Positions 49,346 to 61,435 of a DNA stretch of 64,000 nt are shown here, piece by piece. The first letter of the stretch is position 1; every line of letters begins with the position of its first letter. The translations under genes and the position numbers were made by a program. A model generated the notes under the pieces. That model was not told where the DNA came from. It was given only the letters and a program-made list of their open reading frames with translations, and searched no databases. Source of the stretch: an uncultured Methanosarcinaceae archaeon (lineage in GTDB: Archaea > Halobacteriota > Methanosarcinia > Methanosarcinales > Methanosarcinaceae). The stretch spans positions 128,001 to 192,000 of the forward strand of contig CAVTET010000003.1 in assembly GCA_963733675.1 (NCBI GenBank). The letters run 5' to 3'.

Positions 49346-49868
49346 TAACCTTCACCTACTGATTATGTTTTTTTATAGTATATCTAACTTGACATTGGAA
49401 AATTAAATTCATTTTTTACTGTCACGATCGATTTTCACCAAAATGCAAACCATTTTAATAATTCTTAACTTACTATTTTTGGGTCGTATCAATGAGTTTT
49501 GATTAATTCCAAAAAAACGATCCCAAAATAAATTTGAGCAAAATGCAGAGAGATTCTTGTACTCACTGATTTCAGCATCTACAAAACAAAACCCACATTT
49601 TTTTCTTTAAACCCACATTCTGCAGATGTACACAGATGTATAATTTATTTGCCGATTTGCCCAATATTCTTCCTTAAAGACGTGATGAACATTTAAACCA
49701 CTTCCGTATTGAGAAAATAGTTAACATTTTTGTGTATATATACGGAATGTCGGATGTGACATATCCTATAGGAGATTATTACTGAGGATATATATAAAAA
49801 TGACCAATAGGCAGGGAGTTTAAATAGAGGTTTACTTTGCCTGAAAAAGGTCTAGATCTCATTTATTT

Positions 49869-50138
49869 TCAGTAATTTTTATTTATTTCACTAAGATATC
49901 CGCAAACTGAACAAGTGTTTAACTTTGAGAGTGAAACTTCACTGAAATTTCCTGAAAATCCATTCCAAAACAGGAAGCTACCATCCAGAAGGTTTCCTCT
50001 TTCTGTCAGGAATTTAATTGCTTCATTTGCCTGAATAGAACCGCTAACTTCTGGAGTTACCCCTAAAACCGGCAAAACTTCTTTTTTGGAAATACATGAA
50101 AAAATGCTGTAAAAGAAGGAGGTTTTCCCAAGAATTAT
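49869..50138 (-). pseudogene. ThiF/MoeB (E1-like) C-terminal fragment truncated by a MITE
   Basis: PVLGVTP..GSIQANEAIKFL and terminal CSVCG. The 5' end abuts the MITE TIR. Confidence 0.75.
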
Positions 50139-50287
50139 GGTTCCGTTGCAAAAAATCTGACTCCCTTGCAAAATAAATGAAAACATTCACAATTAGGAAA
50201 TCTAATCAATATCATCGCCGGGAAAAGGTACACAAAAGTAAAAATCATAGTATCAAACTGTGGAAATATTATTTTTGCACCACAACC
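50139..50287. mobile_element. 149-bp IS6-type MITE
   Basis: TIRs GGTTCCGTTGCAAAAA / TTTTTGCACCACAACC. Homologous to 26684-26827. Confidence 0.85.
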
Positions 50288-50477
50288 TTAAACACCATTG
50301 TTTAATTTGTATTTTAGACATTTAACGGTTTTAATACTACAGTTTTTCAGTTCAAATGCGTAAGTCCTATCCCAATTGTCGAATCAGATTAATTTTAAGA
50401 AGCATCTTAAAGCTGCATTTACTGGCGAATCAATGGCAAACAGGACACACTTGGCCTTTGCAAAAAAAGTCGACTAA

Positions 50478-51350
50478 GAGCCTATCCGAAGAATAATATA
50501 CTTTCAATTTAAGATCATGTGTGGTAACGACAAAACGGAAAATTGTTCAGGACTACGAAATTTCTGAAGATTATTGGAAAAAATAGAACCTTTACTACCT
50601 ATACCTAAGCCAAAAAAGAAGTCTGGAAGACCTAGAAAAGGTGATAGGAAAATAATGAGTGGCATTTTCTATTTCCTTTTTACTGGTTGCCAATGGAAAG
50701 CATTGCCACGATTTTATGGAGCTCCAAGCACTGTACATGATCGATTTCAGGAATGGCAACTATCAGGCTTATTTGAGAGCATGTGGATGGCTGGTCTTGT
50801 TGAGTATGATTTCGGAAAAGGATTAGAATGGGAATGACAATCAATTGATGGTGCTATGACAAAAGAACCATTAGATGGAGCTGGAACAGGAGCCAATCCT
50901 ACTGATCGTGGCAAAAAAAGGTACAAAAAGGAATGTTTTTAACTGATGGTAAAGGCATACCACTTTCTGTTGTCGTGGATGGAGCCAATCGTCACGATAA
51001 AAAACTTGTAAAAAGGACTTTAGACGCCATATTCTTTGAAAGACCTTCTCCAGAAAACATAATTCAGAATATATGCATGGATAAGGGTTATGATTTCACA
51101 GATATCAGAAAATTGGTTGAAGACTATGGTTATACTGCGCATATCAAAAGTCGTGGAGAAGAAAACATAAGAAGAGACATACCTGGTTTTAGGGCAAGAA
51201 GATGGGTTGTAGAAAGGACACATTCTTAGCTGAATAGATTCAGAAGACTCCTTATAAGATGGGAAAAGAAAATTGAAAATTACCTTGCTATCCTACATTT
51301 AGCATGCGCATTGATAACATTCAGATCAGCAGGACTTTTCGGATAGCCTA
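50478..51350 (+). mobile_element. IS5-family element (IS1031/IS427-like), defective copy 2
   Basis: TIRs GAGCCTATCCGAA / TTCGGATAGCCT, TAA duplication, near-identical to 12436-13250. Internal TGA and TAG stops. Confidence 0.93.
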
Positions 51351-51705
51351 TAAGACACAGTCTGTATGAAATAGGACCCTCTTGCTACTTTGTTCTGTAA
51401 CCATCTAAAGGTAAATCGATGTAAATGTATAATTATAGTAATCATTTTAACATTAGCAGATACCTTAACCAAATACAAATATGAGTGATTGAAGATGGCA
51501 TCAAAAAATGAACAATTGTGGAGCGATTTAATGCATTTTCTTGAGTCAGGTAGATCAGCTTAAGGAATAATCAAAAAAATCTAATGGTAGAGTTTGGACT
51601 TAGTATATTTATTAGCAAATGTTGGGATATTTAGACTTATATCCTTCTTTTGTGCGATTTGGTTGATTTTTATGCCACAATCCACCTAGCTCCCTGTACT
51701 TTTCT

Positions 51706-52276
51706 TTATGGTTTCTCCTCTTTTATGTCTCCAGTTGGACCCATCAATCTAGCCAGCCATTTTGTTTCATCAAAACTTTCAAATATGATCTTCAAAATCA
51801 ATGTCAGTGGTATGGAAAGCAGCACACCTGCAGTTCCAAGCACATAATTCCAATAGATCAGCGAAAGAAATAAGATACCTGGAGATAATTTCAGGCCTTT
51901 ACCTGCAAGTGAAGGAAATATAACATTTTCTGCAAGCATATTGATAACCAAGATAACGACAATAATTGCAAGAGCACCTACAGGTCCATATTTGAACAGT
52001 GAAAACATTATGGATGAAATAGAAGATAGAACGAGACCAATGTAGGGGATATAACTGAACAGGAATATAAGGACGCCCCAGAGAATCGCAAAGTCGATCC
52101 CTCCGAGAAAGAAAAAGATGACAATTCCGATGGCTGTGATAAGATTTGTTTCTGTTCTTATGATCAAAAACCCTACTAGATTCTTGTCAAACTTATTAAT
52201 CCTCATTTGGAGTTTGGATTGTTTTTCAAGTTCTGAATTCATTTTTTCAGGAGTATTGGTGGCATCTATTAACAAG
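51706..52276 (-). pseudogene. AI-2E (PerM) family transporter, 5'-truncated by IS6
   Basis: LWGVLIFLFSYIPYIG, ENVIFP..G..L.LSP, G.LLSIPLT. Abuts the IS6 TIR. Confidence 0.85.
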
Positions 52277-53132
52277 GGTTCCGTTGCAAAAATTTCAAAA
52301 TAACCATGTAAATCTATACGTGATTAATAAAAATCAAAATATTCGAGGAAAATGTACCAACATTATAAAACTATACCAAATAATTGATTAATATATTTGA
52401 CTTCATTAAGAACAGAGTAATTTAGATCATTTACTTGTCCCTTTTTGATCATATTCATAGCTTCAATTCCTTTTAAGGTCTTATCAGCAGATCGAAAAGA
52501 CTGAAAACCTAGCATTGGAGCAATTATCCGCTTTATAGATCTCTGATCTTGTTCTATAATGTTATTCAAGTACCTCACTTGCCTAATTTCAACGTTTTTA
52601 GACAAGTTCTTCTCATTTTTCAGTTCATTCATAGCTATCGGATATGCTGCATTTTTATCAACTGTTATTACTCTTGAAATTTGGTTATGATTAGAACTCA
52701 ATACTTTCTTAAAAAATCTCTTCGCTGCTATCCTATTTCGTTTTGAACTTAACATGAAATCAATTGTATTTCCATTTGAGTCAACTACTCGGTAAAGATA
52801 TTTCCATTTACCTTTTATTTTGATATAGGTTTCATCAACTTTCCACGAATAGTTTATCAGTCTTAAATGTCTTCTTATCTTCTTTTCTATTTCAGGGGAA
52901 TATTGATGTACCCATCTCATTATAGTACTGTGATCAACTTGAATTCCTCTTTCTATCATTATTCCCTTTAAATTTCTATAGCTCAATGGGTATTTTAAGT
53001 ACCATCTTACATTCAATAAGATAATTTTCCCTCCAAAATGCTTCCATTTAAAGGAATTAGATAGCATGTTACTATCTTTGATTTTCTTTTTATTCTATTG
53101 TATCATTAGAAGGGATTTTTTGCAACGGAACC
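52277..53132 (-). mobile_element. IS6-family element with intact ORF
   Basis: Same TIRs as 46478-47332, opposite orientation. No target duplication. Confidence 0.95.
52363..53067 (-). CDS. IS6-family transposase
   Basis: 234 aa, VRWYLKYPLSYR, WKVDETYIK, ITVDK, LNNIIEQD. Confidence 0.93.
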   Translation of the reverse strand: MLSNSFKWKHFGGKIILLNVRWYLKYPLSYRNLKGIMIERGIQVDHSTIMRWVHQYSPEIEKKIRRHLRLINYSWKVDETYIKIKGKWKYLYRVVDSNGNTIDFMLSSKRNRIAAKRFFKKVLSSNHNQISRVITVDKNAAYPIAMNELKNEKNLSKNVEIRQVRYLNNIIEQDQRSIKRIIAPMLGFQSFRSADKTLKGIEAMNMIKKGQVNDLNYSVLNEVKYINQLFGIVL

Positions 53133-53584
53133 TTAATTAATTAACATTATACTAATTATTAATATTTGATGTGAGTTAATTAAAGTTTAATCCTTAAGTA
53201 TGAAATTAACACTTTATCTTATAAGAAAAGTGATTTTATAGTCACTTAACAAAATTTATCACTGATCCTAAAATTAGAGACGAAATATGGAAATTACGGA
53301 AAAAGCCGGAAAAAGGAAACTTAAGCTAAGTTTTTCAGTTGCTTTCAGTGCTTTCCTTCGTTCAACTTAAAATTCTAAAGGTAGTAGGAAGATGTGTACA
53401 CTTGATGATAAATTAATTTTTCTAAGATATCGAAGTTTTACTTTTTATTCGAGGACTAAAAGCTGGGAAAAAGTTTAGGAAATATTATAATAATTAATAT
53501 ATAATAATTAGGATTTGTACATACTCAGTCATAATAATATATATTGAGATCGATTTGAATCCCAAACTAATGTGCAGGAGATGG

Positions 53585-54664
53585 ATGAAAGTGGAAAAAA
53601 GCGGAAACCTTAAAGAAATTGGATTTCTTCTTAAAAAATTCACAAATGCTCATGGAATTTCAGGTTCTGAAGATAATATCCGTGATCTCCTTGAAATGGA
53701 GATAGAACCCTATGTAGACACTATCCGGAGTGATATCATGGGGAATCTTATAGCTACTAAAAAAGGAGACAGACCTTCTGTAATGCTTGCTGCTCACATG
53801 GACGAAATCGGGCTCATGATCAAGTATATTGATGATAACGGATTTCTCCGTTTTGTAGAGATCGGAGGATGGTTTGACCAGACACTCCTCAGTCAGAGAG
53901 TTCTAGTTCATGGCAAGAAAGGCTCAATTCCAGGAGTAATTGGTTCCAAGCCTCCCCATTTGATGAAAGAAGATGACAGGAAAAAGCCTGTGAAAATGGA
54001 GGATATGTTTATTGATATCGGAGCGAATGACAGGGATGATGCTGAAAAAATTGGAATCGAGATCGGTACGCCAGTTAGTATTGACCGGGAATTTATGCCT
54101 CTAGCAAATGGCAAGGTCACTTCAAAAGCTTTTGACGATCGTGTGGGAGTTGTAATTCTCATAGAGGTTATGAAACAGCTTTCTAAGCATAACATTGAAG
54201 CAAATATCTATGCTGTAGGTACTGTTCAGGAGGAAGTAGGACTGAAGGGAGCAAAAATCTCTGCTTTTGGGCTTGTCCCTAACTTGGCTCTCGCTCTTGA
54301 TACAACTGTCCCAGGAGATTATCCGGGTATCAACAAAACCGATTCTTCCCTTGAAGTCGGGAAAGGGCCTGTAATTAACGTAGCCGATGCGTCTGGAAGA
54401 GGCCTTATAGCCCATCCTCAGGTTCTTAAGTGGTTGAGGGATACTGCAGCCGAAAATAATATTTCTTATCAGTTGAACGTTGGTTCTGGAGGGACTACTG
54501 ATGCTACATCGATACACCTCACAAAAGAAGGTATTCCCACAGGCACTGTTAGTATAGCCACCAGGTATGTCCATTCCCCAGTTGAAGTTCTGGATATCTC
54601 AGACGTAGAAGCAAGTGTCTTGTTGATTGTAAAAGCAATAGAAAATGTTAGCAGATATTTCTGA
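53585..54664 (+). CDS. M42 family metallo-aminopeptidase
   Basis: AAHMDEIG, KAFDDRVG, TVQEEVGL, GGTTDA, RYVHSPVE. Start inferred. Confidence 0.94.
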   Translation: MKVEKSGNLKEIGFLLKKFTNAHGISGSEDNIRDLLEMEIEPYVDTIRSDIMGNLIATKKGDRPSVMLAAHMDEIGLMIKYIDDNGFLRFVEIGGWFDQTLLSQRVLVHGKKGSIPGVIGSKPPHLMKEDDRKKPVKMEDMFIDIGANDRDDAEKIGIEIGTPVSIDREFMPLANGKVTSKAFDDRVGVVILIEVMKQLSKHNIEANIYAVGTVQEEVGLKGAKISAFGLVPNLALALDTTVPGDYPGINKTDSSLEVGKGPVINVADASGRGLIAHPQVLKWLRDTAAENNISYQLNVGSGGTTDATSIHLTKEGIPTGTVSIATRYVHSPVEVLDISDVEASVLLIVKAIENVSRYF

Positions 54665-54924
54665 TCCACTTCCCGTAGAGTTACCAAGAATACATCTAGT
54701 TTCTCAATATTGATCGTAGCTTAAAAATTAATCTAACCTTTAATGAATAATCGTTGGTAAATAGGCAAACAAATTGTACATATGTGTACGTCTACGGAGT
54801 AGCGTGTCATGTTGTTGAAAACAAATTATAAAATAAATTCTGCATCTACTTTGTTTGTGTTTTTATGCGCAGCTGTATTCGTATCTCGTGTATTATCGAC
54901 CATAGACAGGTAGATGCTTTGTCA

Positions 54925-55275
54925 ATGAATCATAAAGAGAAGCTTAAAAGTCACTTGGCGATTCACTTGCAGCAACATCATGTTTTTATGATTTAATTCA
55001 ATTTTAACAAGCTCCAAAATTTCATTGCCATTCTACATAAACGTTGTTTTTGCTATTCACAGATTATACAAAATTTAGAAGCAAGGGAAAAAAACTTTTG
55101 TTATTGTCTAAACCATAAAATTTGTATATTATTTCTGCCAATTTAAATTACCAATTCATTGGGCAGTGAAATAGTATAAAAGGCCAATTTAACATACGTG
55201 ATTAAATTCACATTTGATCTTTCGATGGCAATTCACTAATTTGTTTTTAGAAGTTTTTGAAAGCTAAAATTAGAA
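54925..55275. repeat. dispersed ~350-bp repeat; second copy at ~61070-61622 is split by a MITE
   Basis: Shared blocks TGCAGCAACAT, AAACGTTG, TGTCTAAACCA and TCGATG.CAATTCA in the same order. Confidence 0.65.
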
Positions 55276-55429
55276 CCAGCTTTCTACAAAATAAAGATAC
55301 AGTAATGCTCAAAAAAGGTCTCTTGGAGAAGACTTTCATTTATTTGAGCTTTTTATTAGTAAAGTTTCATACTTGTTTTTAAGCCAATTTAATATTAAAA
55401 AAGTATATTATGTTCTTGTATCTATTATT

Positions 55430-55506
55430 GAGAATTTCAACAAATCCCTATATTTTGTCATATGCTTATAAATGGCGCATAAATAACTCGTGAAAATCAG
55501 AGGTTT
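55430..55506. mobile_element. ~90-bp palindromic MITE, copy C (right end truncated)
   Basis: GAGAATTTCAACAAA..TCATATGCTTATAAATGG..CGTGAAAATCAGAGGTTT. Confidence 0.7.
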
Positions 55507-55512
55507 AGTAAT

Positions 55513-56217
55513 AAGTTTACTCTGATAAATTACGTTCGGATCCTGACCGCAAGTCGTCTTGAAACTTCCTAATAATATAATGTTATCTAAATATATCTAA
55601 AGCATCCATTAAAAAAGAATTTATTTTAATGAAATTAAAATTTTATTTTTTTGCATATTTTCTGGAAAAAATATGTAGTCCTTTATCATCTGCTTGCTTT
55701 TGTTTTAAAAATGCAAATGGTGTATTTTCTGTTCTCTTTGTTACGCATTCCATTGAGGTTATTTAGAGCAGATCTTCTTAAATACATGAAAACAAAAAAT
55801 TAGTTCCACTGGAAATTTAATTCTGAAAAAATCAACCACTTAATAAATGACAATTGGATATTTTTACAAATCACATATATTGAAAAAAACAACCGCATTT
55901 TAAATTGAAAAATCTTGAAAATGAAAAAGTCTTCTCTGTAGCAGAATTAATTTTTGCAGGAGAATCTCTGAAAAGAAACTTGAGGCCAGAAGAACCAATG
56001 AAAAGAAGCTTATGAGGGAAAGACTCTCCAAAGGAAATTTTTCAATGATCCAGCTCCTGGTAGATAGGTCTCATATTTTGATATCCCAAGGAGAAAGCAT
56101 CATCTAGATAACTTATTTACCGGGTTCTGTGATAGAGTGGCAAGATGGTTTATATCTTTTTCTGGTAACTAGGCGACTTGCGGTCAGGATCCGAACGTAA
56201 TTTATCAGAGTAAACTT
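55513..56217. repeat. 44-bp perfect inverted repeat pair (55513-55556 / 56174-56217)
   Basis: AAGTTTACTCTGATAAATTACGTTCGGATCCTGACCGCAAGTCG and its exact reverse complement. Confidence 0.95.
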
Positions 56218-56672
56218 TTTACTGCAGCCAACTTACTAATCGTGATGATATTCTAACTATAAAAACTTCAGTTCACTTTATGTGCAGGAAATTCCGCAAG
56301 TTTATCTGGAGAAGATGGTGTGCAAAAGGGGGGCGGAGCTTATAGTTGATGACCATTTAGAGCCTTCCCACTATGCACATCCCCACAGATAATATGGCAA
56401 ATCGAGAGGAGATATGTAAGTGTTCTTAAACTCCAAGCAAACAAACGCGGCGAAGAATTCGCAAGTTAATAATTAAAATAATTATCTTTCATATTTTAAG
56501 AGTAAGTTTCAGAGAGAAAAAGCTGCAATGTTGATCAATTTTGATACTCATCAGGAGATTATTTAAATACTAACTGTGATACTTTAACTCTGTTAATGTA
56601 GTTCAATTAACAGGCTGGAAGTATTTTATGAGGTAGTATCAAAATAATTGCAGCAAATAATTGGTGATATTT

Positions 56673-57161
56673 ATGAAAAGAAGGGCCTGGAAATTCGGAG
56701 ACAACGTAGATACAGATGCAATAATACCAGGAAGATATCTGGTTTTCAATACTCAGGAAGATCTTGCAAAGCATACATTTGAAGGTGTACGCTCAGAATT
56801 TGCAAAAAATGTTCATGAGAATGATATCGTGGTCGCTGGAAGTAATTTTGGGTGCGGATCCTCACGCGAGCATGCGCCACTAGCCATTAAAGGGTTGAAG
56901 ATAAACTGTGTAATTGCAAAGTCTTTTGCAAGGATTTTTTTCAGAAATTCAATAAATATAGGAGTTCCTGTCCTTGAATGCCCAGACACTGACAGGATCG
57001 ATGATGGAGATGAGCTTGAGGTAAACCTTTCAACCGGAGTTATTGAAAACAAAACAAAAGGAGAAGTCTACCAAGCAACTCCACTCCCTGACTTCATTCG
57101 AGAGATCGTTGATGTTGGAGGGCTTGTGGAATATGCTAGAAAACTTGTCCCTAAGCGCTAA
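56673..57161 (+). CDS. leuD: 3-isopropylmalate dehydratase small subunit
   Basis: [27 protein letters not shown]. Has the YLV-type loop and lies upstream of leuB. Confidence 0.9.
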   Translation: MKRRAWKFGDNVDTDAIIPGRYLVFNTQEDLAKHTFEGVRSEFAKNVHENDIVVAGSNFGCGSSREHAPLAIKGLKINCVIAKSFARIFFRNSINIGVPVLECPDTDRIDDGDELEVNLSTGVIENKTKGEVYQATPLPDFIREIVDVGGLVEYARKLVPKR

Positions 57162-57293
57162 GGAAAGGGAATCTTCCCGAGTTATACTTCTTAAAAATAG
57201 TAAATATAAGTTTAAAGATACCGATTTTGATTCAAGAGATACTTATAATCACTGACTGCTTGAAAAATAAAAACATAATCATTAGTCTACAGT

Positions 57294-57336
57294 TAAATAA
57301 AGTAATCTCACATAAATAAAGTAATCTCACATAAAT
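57294..57336. repeat. 19-bp tandem duplication
   Basis: TAAATAAAGTAATCTCACA x2 plus TAAAT. Confidence 0.85.
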
Positions 57337-57478
57337 TAACTTTGTGAATCTTAGTCAGTAGGATTATTGATTGTTGTTTAACCCAGGCTGGATAGTCATT
57401 AAGATATAATATTTTCCTTGTTTGACAGTTCGTAATAAAATAGGCAAATTTGCCTGTAAATTCGGAAGGAGCATAAAT

Positions 57479-58606
57479 ATGACGCAGTATAAGATTCCGG
57501 TTCTACCAGGTGACGGAATAGGGCCAGAAGTCATCTTCGAAGGCAGAAAAGTCATAGATGCAGCCGGTGAAAGATTTGGTTTTGATATAGAATGGATTGA
57601 ATACCCGCATGGAGCAGACCATTACCTCGAAACAGGAGAATTGATTTCTGAAGGGACCTTAAAAGAATTATCCTGCTACCCTGCCATTTACCTCGGCTCC
57701 ATTGGAGACCCGAGGATTGCTCCAGGAATTCTTGAGAAGGGAATCTTATTAACTGCACGCTTTTATTTTGATCAGTATGTCAATCTTCGCCCGATAAAGC
57801 TCCTCGACGGAGTCTGGACCCCGCTCAAAGACAAGACATCAAAAGATATCGACTTCGTGGTGGTCAGGGAAAACACAGAAGATTTCTATGTTGGAATAGG
57901 TGGCAGGGCTAAAAAAGGCGAGAGCGAAGATGTTCTCGAAGTTAAAAGGACGCTCTACTCAGCAAAATTTGGCCTTGATATCGAGACTGACAGTGAAGAA
58001 ATAGGGTATCAGATAGGCCTGATTTCCAAAGAAGGCACAAAAAGAGTAATAGAGTATGCCTTTTCCATTGCCGAAAATCGAAAAAAACACGTCTCATCCG
58101 TGGACAAAGCAAATGTCCTTTCCGACATTTACGGCTTATGGAGAGAAGAATTTAACACGATATCTGCAAAAAATCCGTCAATTAAAACTGATTTCAATTT
58201 CGTTGACGCTATTACCATGTGGTTTGTGAAAAACCCAGAATGGTTTGATGTTGTCGTAACCCCGAACATGTTCGGAGATATAATCACCGACCTCGGAGCA
58301 ATTATTCAGGGCGGTCTTGGCCTCGCTCCCGGAGGGAACATTAATCCGAAAGGCACAAGTATGTTCGAGCCCATTCATGGCTCTGCCCCCAAATATCAGA
58401 ATCAGAATAAAGTCAACCCGATTGCAACAATCTGGGCAGGTTCTATGCTCATCGAGCAACTAGGGGAAAAGGAAGCTGCAGACGCAATAGTGAATGAAAT
58501 CCAGGGAAATCTTCTTGAAAGCATAGTCAAAACTTATGATATGGGTGGTAAGAGTAGCACCTCAGATGTAGGGAGCGACATTGCAAGAAGAGTTATGGAC
58601 AGTTAA
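57479..58606 (+). CDS. leuB: 3-isopropylmalate dehydrogenase (ICDH/IPMDH family)
   Basis: [43 protein letters not shown]. Confidence 0.9.
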   Translation: MTQYKIPVLPGDGIGPEVIFEGRKVIDAAGERFGFDIEWIEYPHGADHYLETGELISEGTLKELSCYPAIYLGSIGDPRIAPGILEKGILLTARFYFDQYVNLRPIKLLDGVWTPLKDKTSKDIDFVVVRENTEDFYVGIGGRAKKGESEDVLEVKRTLYSAKFGLDIETDSEEIGYQIGLISKEGTKRVIEYAFSIAENRKKHVSSVDKANVLSDIYGLWREEFNTISAKNPSIKTDFNFVDAITMWFVKNPEWFDVVVTPNMFGDIITDLGAIIQGGLGLAPGGNINPKGTSMFEPIHGSAPKYQNQNKVNPIATIWAGSMLIEQLGEKEAADAIVNEIQGNLLESIVKTYDMGGKSSTSDVGSDIARRVMDS

Positions 58607-58777
58607 TTCAAATCTTTCTTTTTTACTTTTTATTGCTTCTGTTTTTCCTGTCCATTCTTATTTTCTTTTCTTTCTTATTTCTATCGTTTTTTAGTCTCTT
58701 TTACATGCAAATTCTAGAAAATATTTAGATGGCTTCTATGGAAATATTTATAGCTTTGCGGTTTGTTTATGAATTTA

Positions 58778-58866
58778 GAGGATTTCGATAAAACCTTGAA
58801 TTTCTTCATATGCCTATAAATGGTATATCAGTGATTCGTGAAAATCAGATGTTTGTAGAAAGCCTT
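58778..58866. mobile_element. ~90-bp palindromic MITE, copy D
   Basis: TA|GAGGATTTCGATAAA..TCATATGCCTATAAATGG..CGTGAAAATCAGATGTTTGTAGAAAGCCTT|TA. Confidence 0.72.
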
Positions 58867-58905
58867 TATATTATCTTAATTATGCCAAAATTCGGGAGAA
58901 AAAGT

Positions 58906-59439
58906 GTGCAGTGTGCATTATGTCGGAATAAGGAGTGCCTCAAAGGCAAAAACTGTTCTGTTATCAAATCGGGGCTTAAATTTAGTGGCGATGACCTTAA
59001 AGCAATAAAGATTTCTTCCTGGCTCGCTTCCAGTCATGTGAAAAGGACAAAGCTAGAAGAAATTACGATTTATGCAAAACGGTTGGGGTACAGAAGAATA
59101 GGAATTGCTTTTTGTATAGAATATGAAAGGGAAGCCCGGCTTGTCTACGATATTTTGTCAAGGTATTTTGAAGTGTTTTCGATTTGTTGTAAGGTTTGTG
59201 GTTTAGATAAAGCGAAGTTAGGGATTAGTGCATCGGATGATTTGGAATTAGAGGTTATCTGCAATCCTATAGGACAAGCTCTTCTTCTGAACGATGACTT
59301 TACCGATCTAAATATTATTCTTGGGCTCAAAACAGGGTATGATATTCTTTTTATAAAATACTCTGAAGTTCCTTCGATAACCCTTCCTATTCAGGAATTA
59401 CCTCAGTTATGGGATTCAGGAATCGATATTATTGAATGA
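58906..59439 (+). CDS. DUF1847-like Cys-rich metal-binding protein
   Basis: CxxCxxxxC, GIAFC, SICCKVCG, ICNPIGQA, DLNIILGL. GTG start inferred from GGGAG. Confidence 0.8.
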   Translation: MQCALCRNKECLKGKNCSVIKSGLKFSGDDLKAIKISSWLASSHVKRTKLEEITIYAKRLGYRRIGIAFCIEYEREARLVYDILSRYFEVFSICCKVCGLDKAKLGISASDDLELEVICNPIGQALLLNDDFTDLNIILGLKTGYDILFIKYSEVPSITLPIQELPQLWDSGIDIIE

Positions 59440-60189
59440 ACGATACTAGATTGTTTTTTTTGAGTCAAAATTCCGGGAAAATACATGATCAAAAAATCTA
59501 AGCGTGCATCTTGATCTGGTTTCTATACTGGCTCTGAATACTTGAAAATCAGAGCTCAAATTTCTGTTATATTCAGGGATTTAAGTGTTATGGTATAGTT
59601 AGACTTTTGTACCCAATATGAAGACAATGATTTAGGAAATCAAGGCTTTCCCTTCAGGGTTTATCAAGATTTCGGCAGAATACGATTATATATGTATTGC
59701 CTGTTTTAGCAAGAGGGAATGCTTGATTTCTAAATCAGTCTTCTCTCGCATGATCAGGAATATGGATATTGTTTTTAGGAGTAATGTAAAAAGCCAATAA
59801 GTGACTAGTGATAGATGAAGAATAATCTTCCAGTTTAATGAATTTGAAAATAAATAGTGCCTCCTATGTTATCAATATCTGCAAAACCTTTGAATTAAAA
59901 TATGAGCTTATATGGTGTGCATAGACTGAGATACAAAATCTAAAGGATTTCATAAATTTCTAAATTTTGTTCATGCTTAGAAATGCTAAGTAAATGATTC
60001 GTTAAAGTTAGAGGTCTACCGGAACTCTCTATAATTCAACATGAAAGTACGTACTAAACAGGCTCCTAAAGTACTTTCGTGATCATTTTTCTATAACTAA
60101 ATTATTTCACTAATTATTTTTATAGCTTATAACTGCGAATAACTCAGTCTCAACAATTTTCTTTATTTGAATTTCTTCCTTTTGACTCC

Positions 60190-60900
60190 TTGTCTAGTAT
60201 TCTTATATTTCACATTTGTAATCTCATGCCATATAATTGTGGTAATTCTCCTTTTCAGAGCAATAATTTCCTCAGCATGTCCAAATAATCTCTTCCTCAG
60301 GTTAAAAAAATTTTAGGTTACTATTCCTTTTTCTTGCCGCTGCGTTAAAATTTGCGTTCGAATTCACTTTACTATCTCTAATTTTTTTTCTGTGATTCTC
60401 CAGTTATAGATTTTGTCCGTAAGTTGGTATAATCTCACAGCGGCTACAAGTTATGAAGCAAGCTTGTGTGCTGAAGAAAAATCCTTAAAATTATCGATTT
60501 AAGCAATTAGAATTTCTGCATCAATTTATTCAATACTCGGAGCGAATTAAAATTTTCATACCATTTTTATGCTTTCAATAAATATAATTACAATCATCAC
60601 TCTTCAAAGTTTTTAATTTAACATCAAGATATTTTCTAAGATTCAGATTAGTCTGAAATATAACTATAGCGCTTTGAGATATTTCTATGTCCAAAAACTC
60701 ACTTCTATGATTTTGTTTAGAATATTGGAAAAAGGCTTTCCATATTCTAATCAATGCTCTCACCGAAGAGACTCCTAGTAAAATAATTCTGCGATTTTTA
60801 CCAAAAATATCTACCAACACATAATTTAAATTCAACAGTTCCAGATGCAAAAATGGAGATGAACCTCATTTTTTTGGATCTATTTTTTTGTGCAAATTTA
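60190..60900 (-). pseudogene. IS110-family transposase remnant
   Basis: Fragments DIFGKN.R.IL, LIA*IDNFKDFSSAHKLAS and EIIALKRRITTIIWHEITN resemble the IS110 C-terminus. Confidence 0.7.
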
Positions 60901-61242
60901 TGGGAAAGCCTAACATAAAATAGAAATTCGATATGATATGTTGGGAAAATTTTGATGGCTGAAGCACGTTATTAAGCACAAGTTGTGCAATGAATTTTGA
61001 ATCTACTTTACTATCTTTATACGCATAAATGTCTCAAATTTCTTGTATCCTCAACTATAATAGATATGATTTATCAATGAATCCTAAATAGAATCCAAGA
61101 GTCAATTGTTGATTCCCTGCAGCAACATTACATTTTTCTGATATAACCCAAAATCTTAAGAGCTCAAATTCAATCATAATCTCTACCGAAACGTTGCTTC
61201 TGTTTTTCACTTGATATATGAGGATAGTAGCAATGAAAAACC

Positions 61243-61435
61243 TTAACTATTCAGCCTACCTAAAATTAGCTGGAATATATTTTTTGACGCAATGGAGACT
61301 TTTGATTACTAACTAAGGGGAAAATAGAAAACAGGATCAATAGCTGAAAGTTAAATAAATTTACCCACCGAAATTTGCCAAGTGAATCTTAATAAAGATG
61401 CTTGTTTATATTGTTTTTCCTGGCTGAATAGTTAA
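61243..61435. mobile_element. 193-bp IS66-like MITE
   Basis: Perfect 14-bp TIR TTAACTATTCAGCC / GGCTGAATAGTTAA. Interrupts a repeat that is contiguous at ~55095. Confidence 0.78.

Noticed and set aside
51227-51229. In-frame TAG in the IS5 transposase as a pyrrolysine codon
   Set aside because: The sister copy has TGG at this codon and this copy also has a TGA stop, so a point mutation is the simpler explanation.
48857-57161. Two LeuD-like genes as a novel duplication
   Set aside because: Methanogens normally carry both homoaconitase (YLRT) and isopropylmalate isomerase (YLV) small subunits.
58810-58905. N-terminal extension of the DUF1847-like ORF
   Set aside because: It starts inside MITE copy D. 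The GTG at 58906 with an upstream GGGAG is more plausible.
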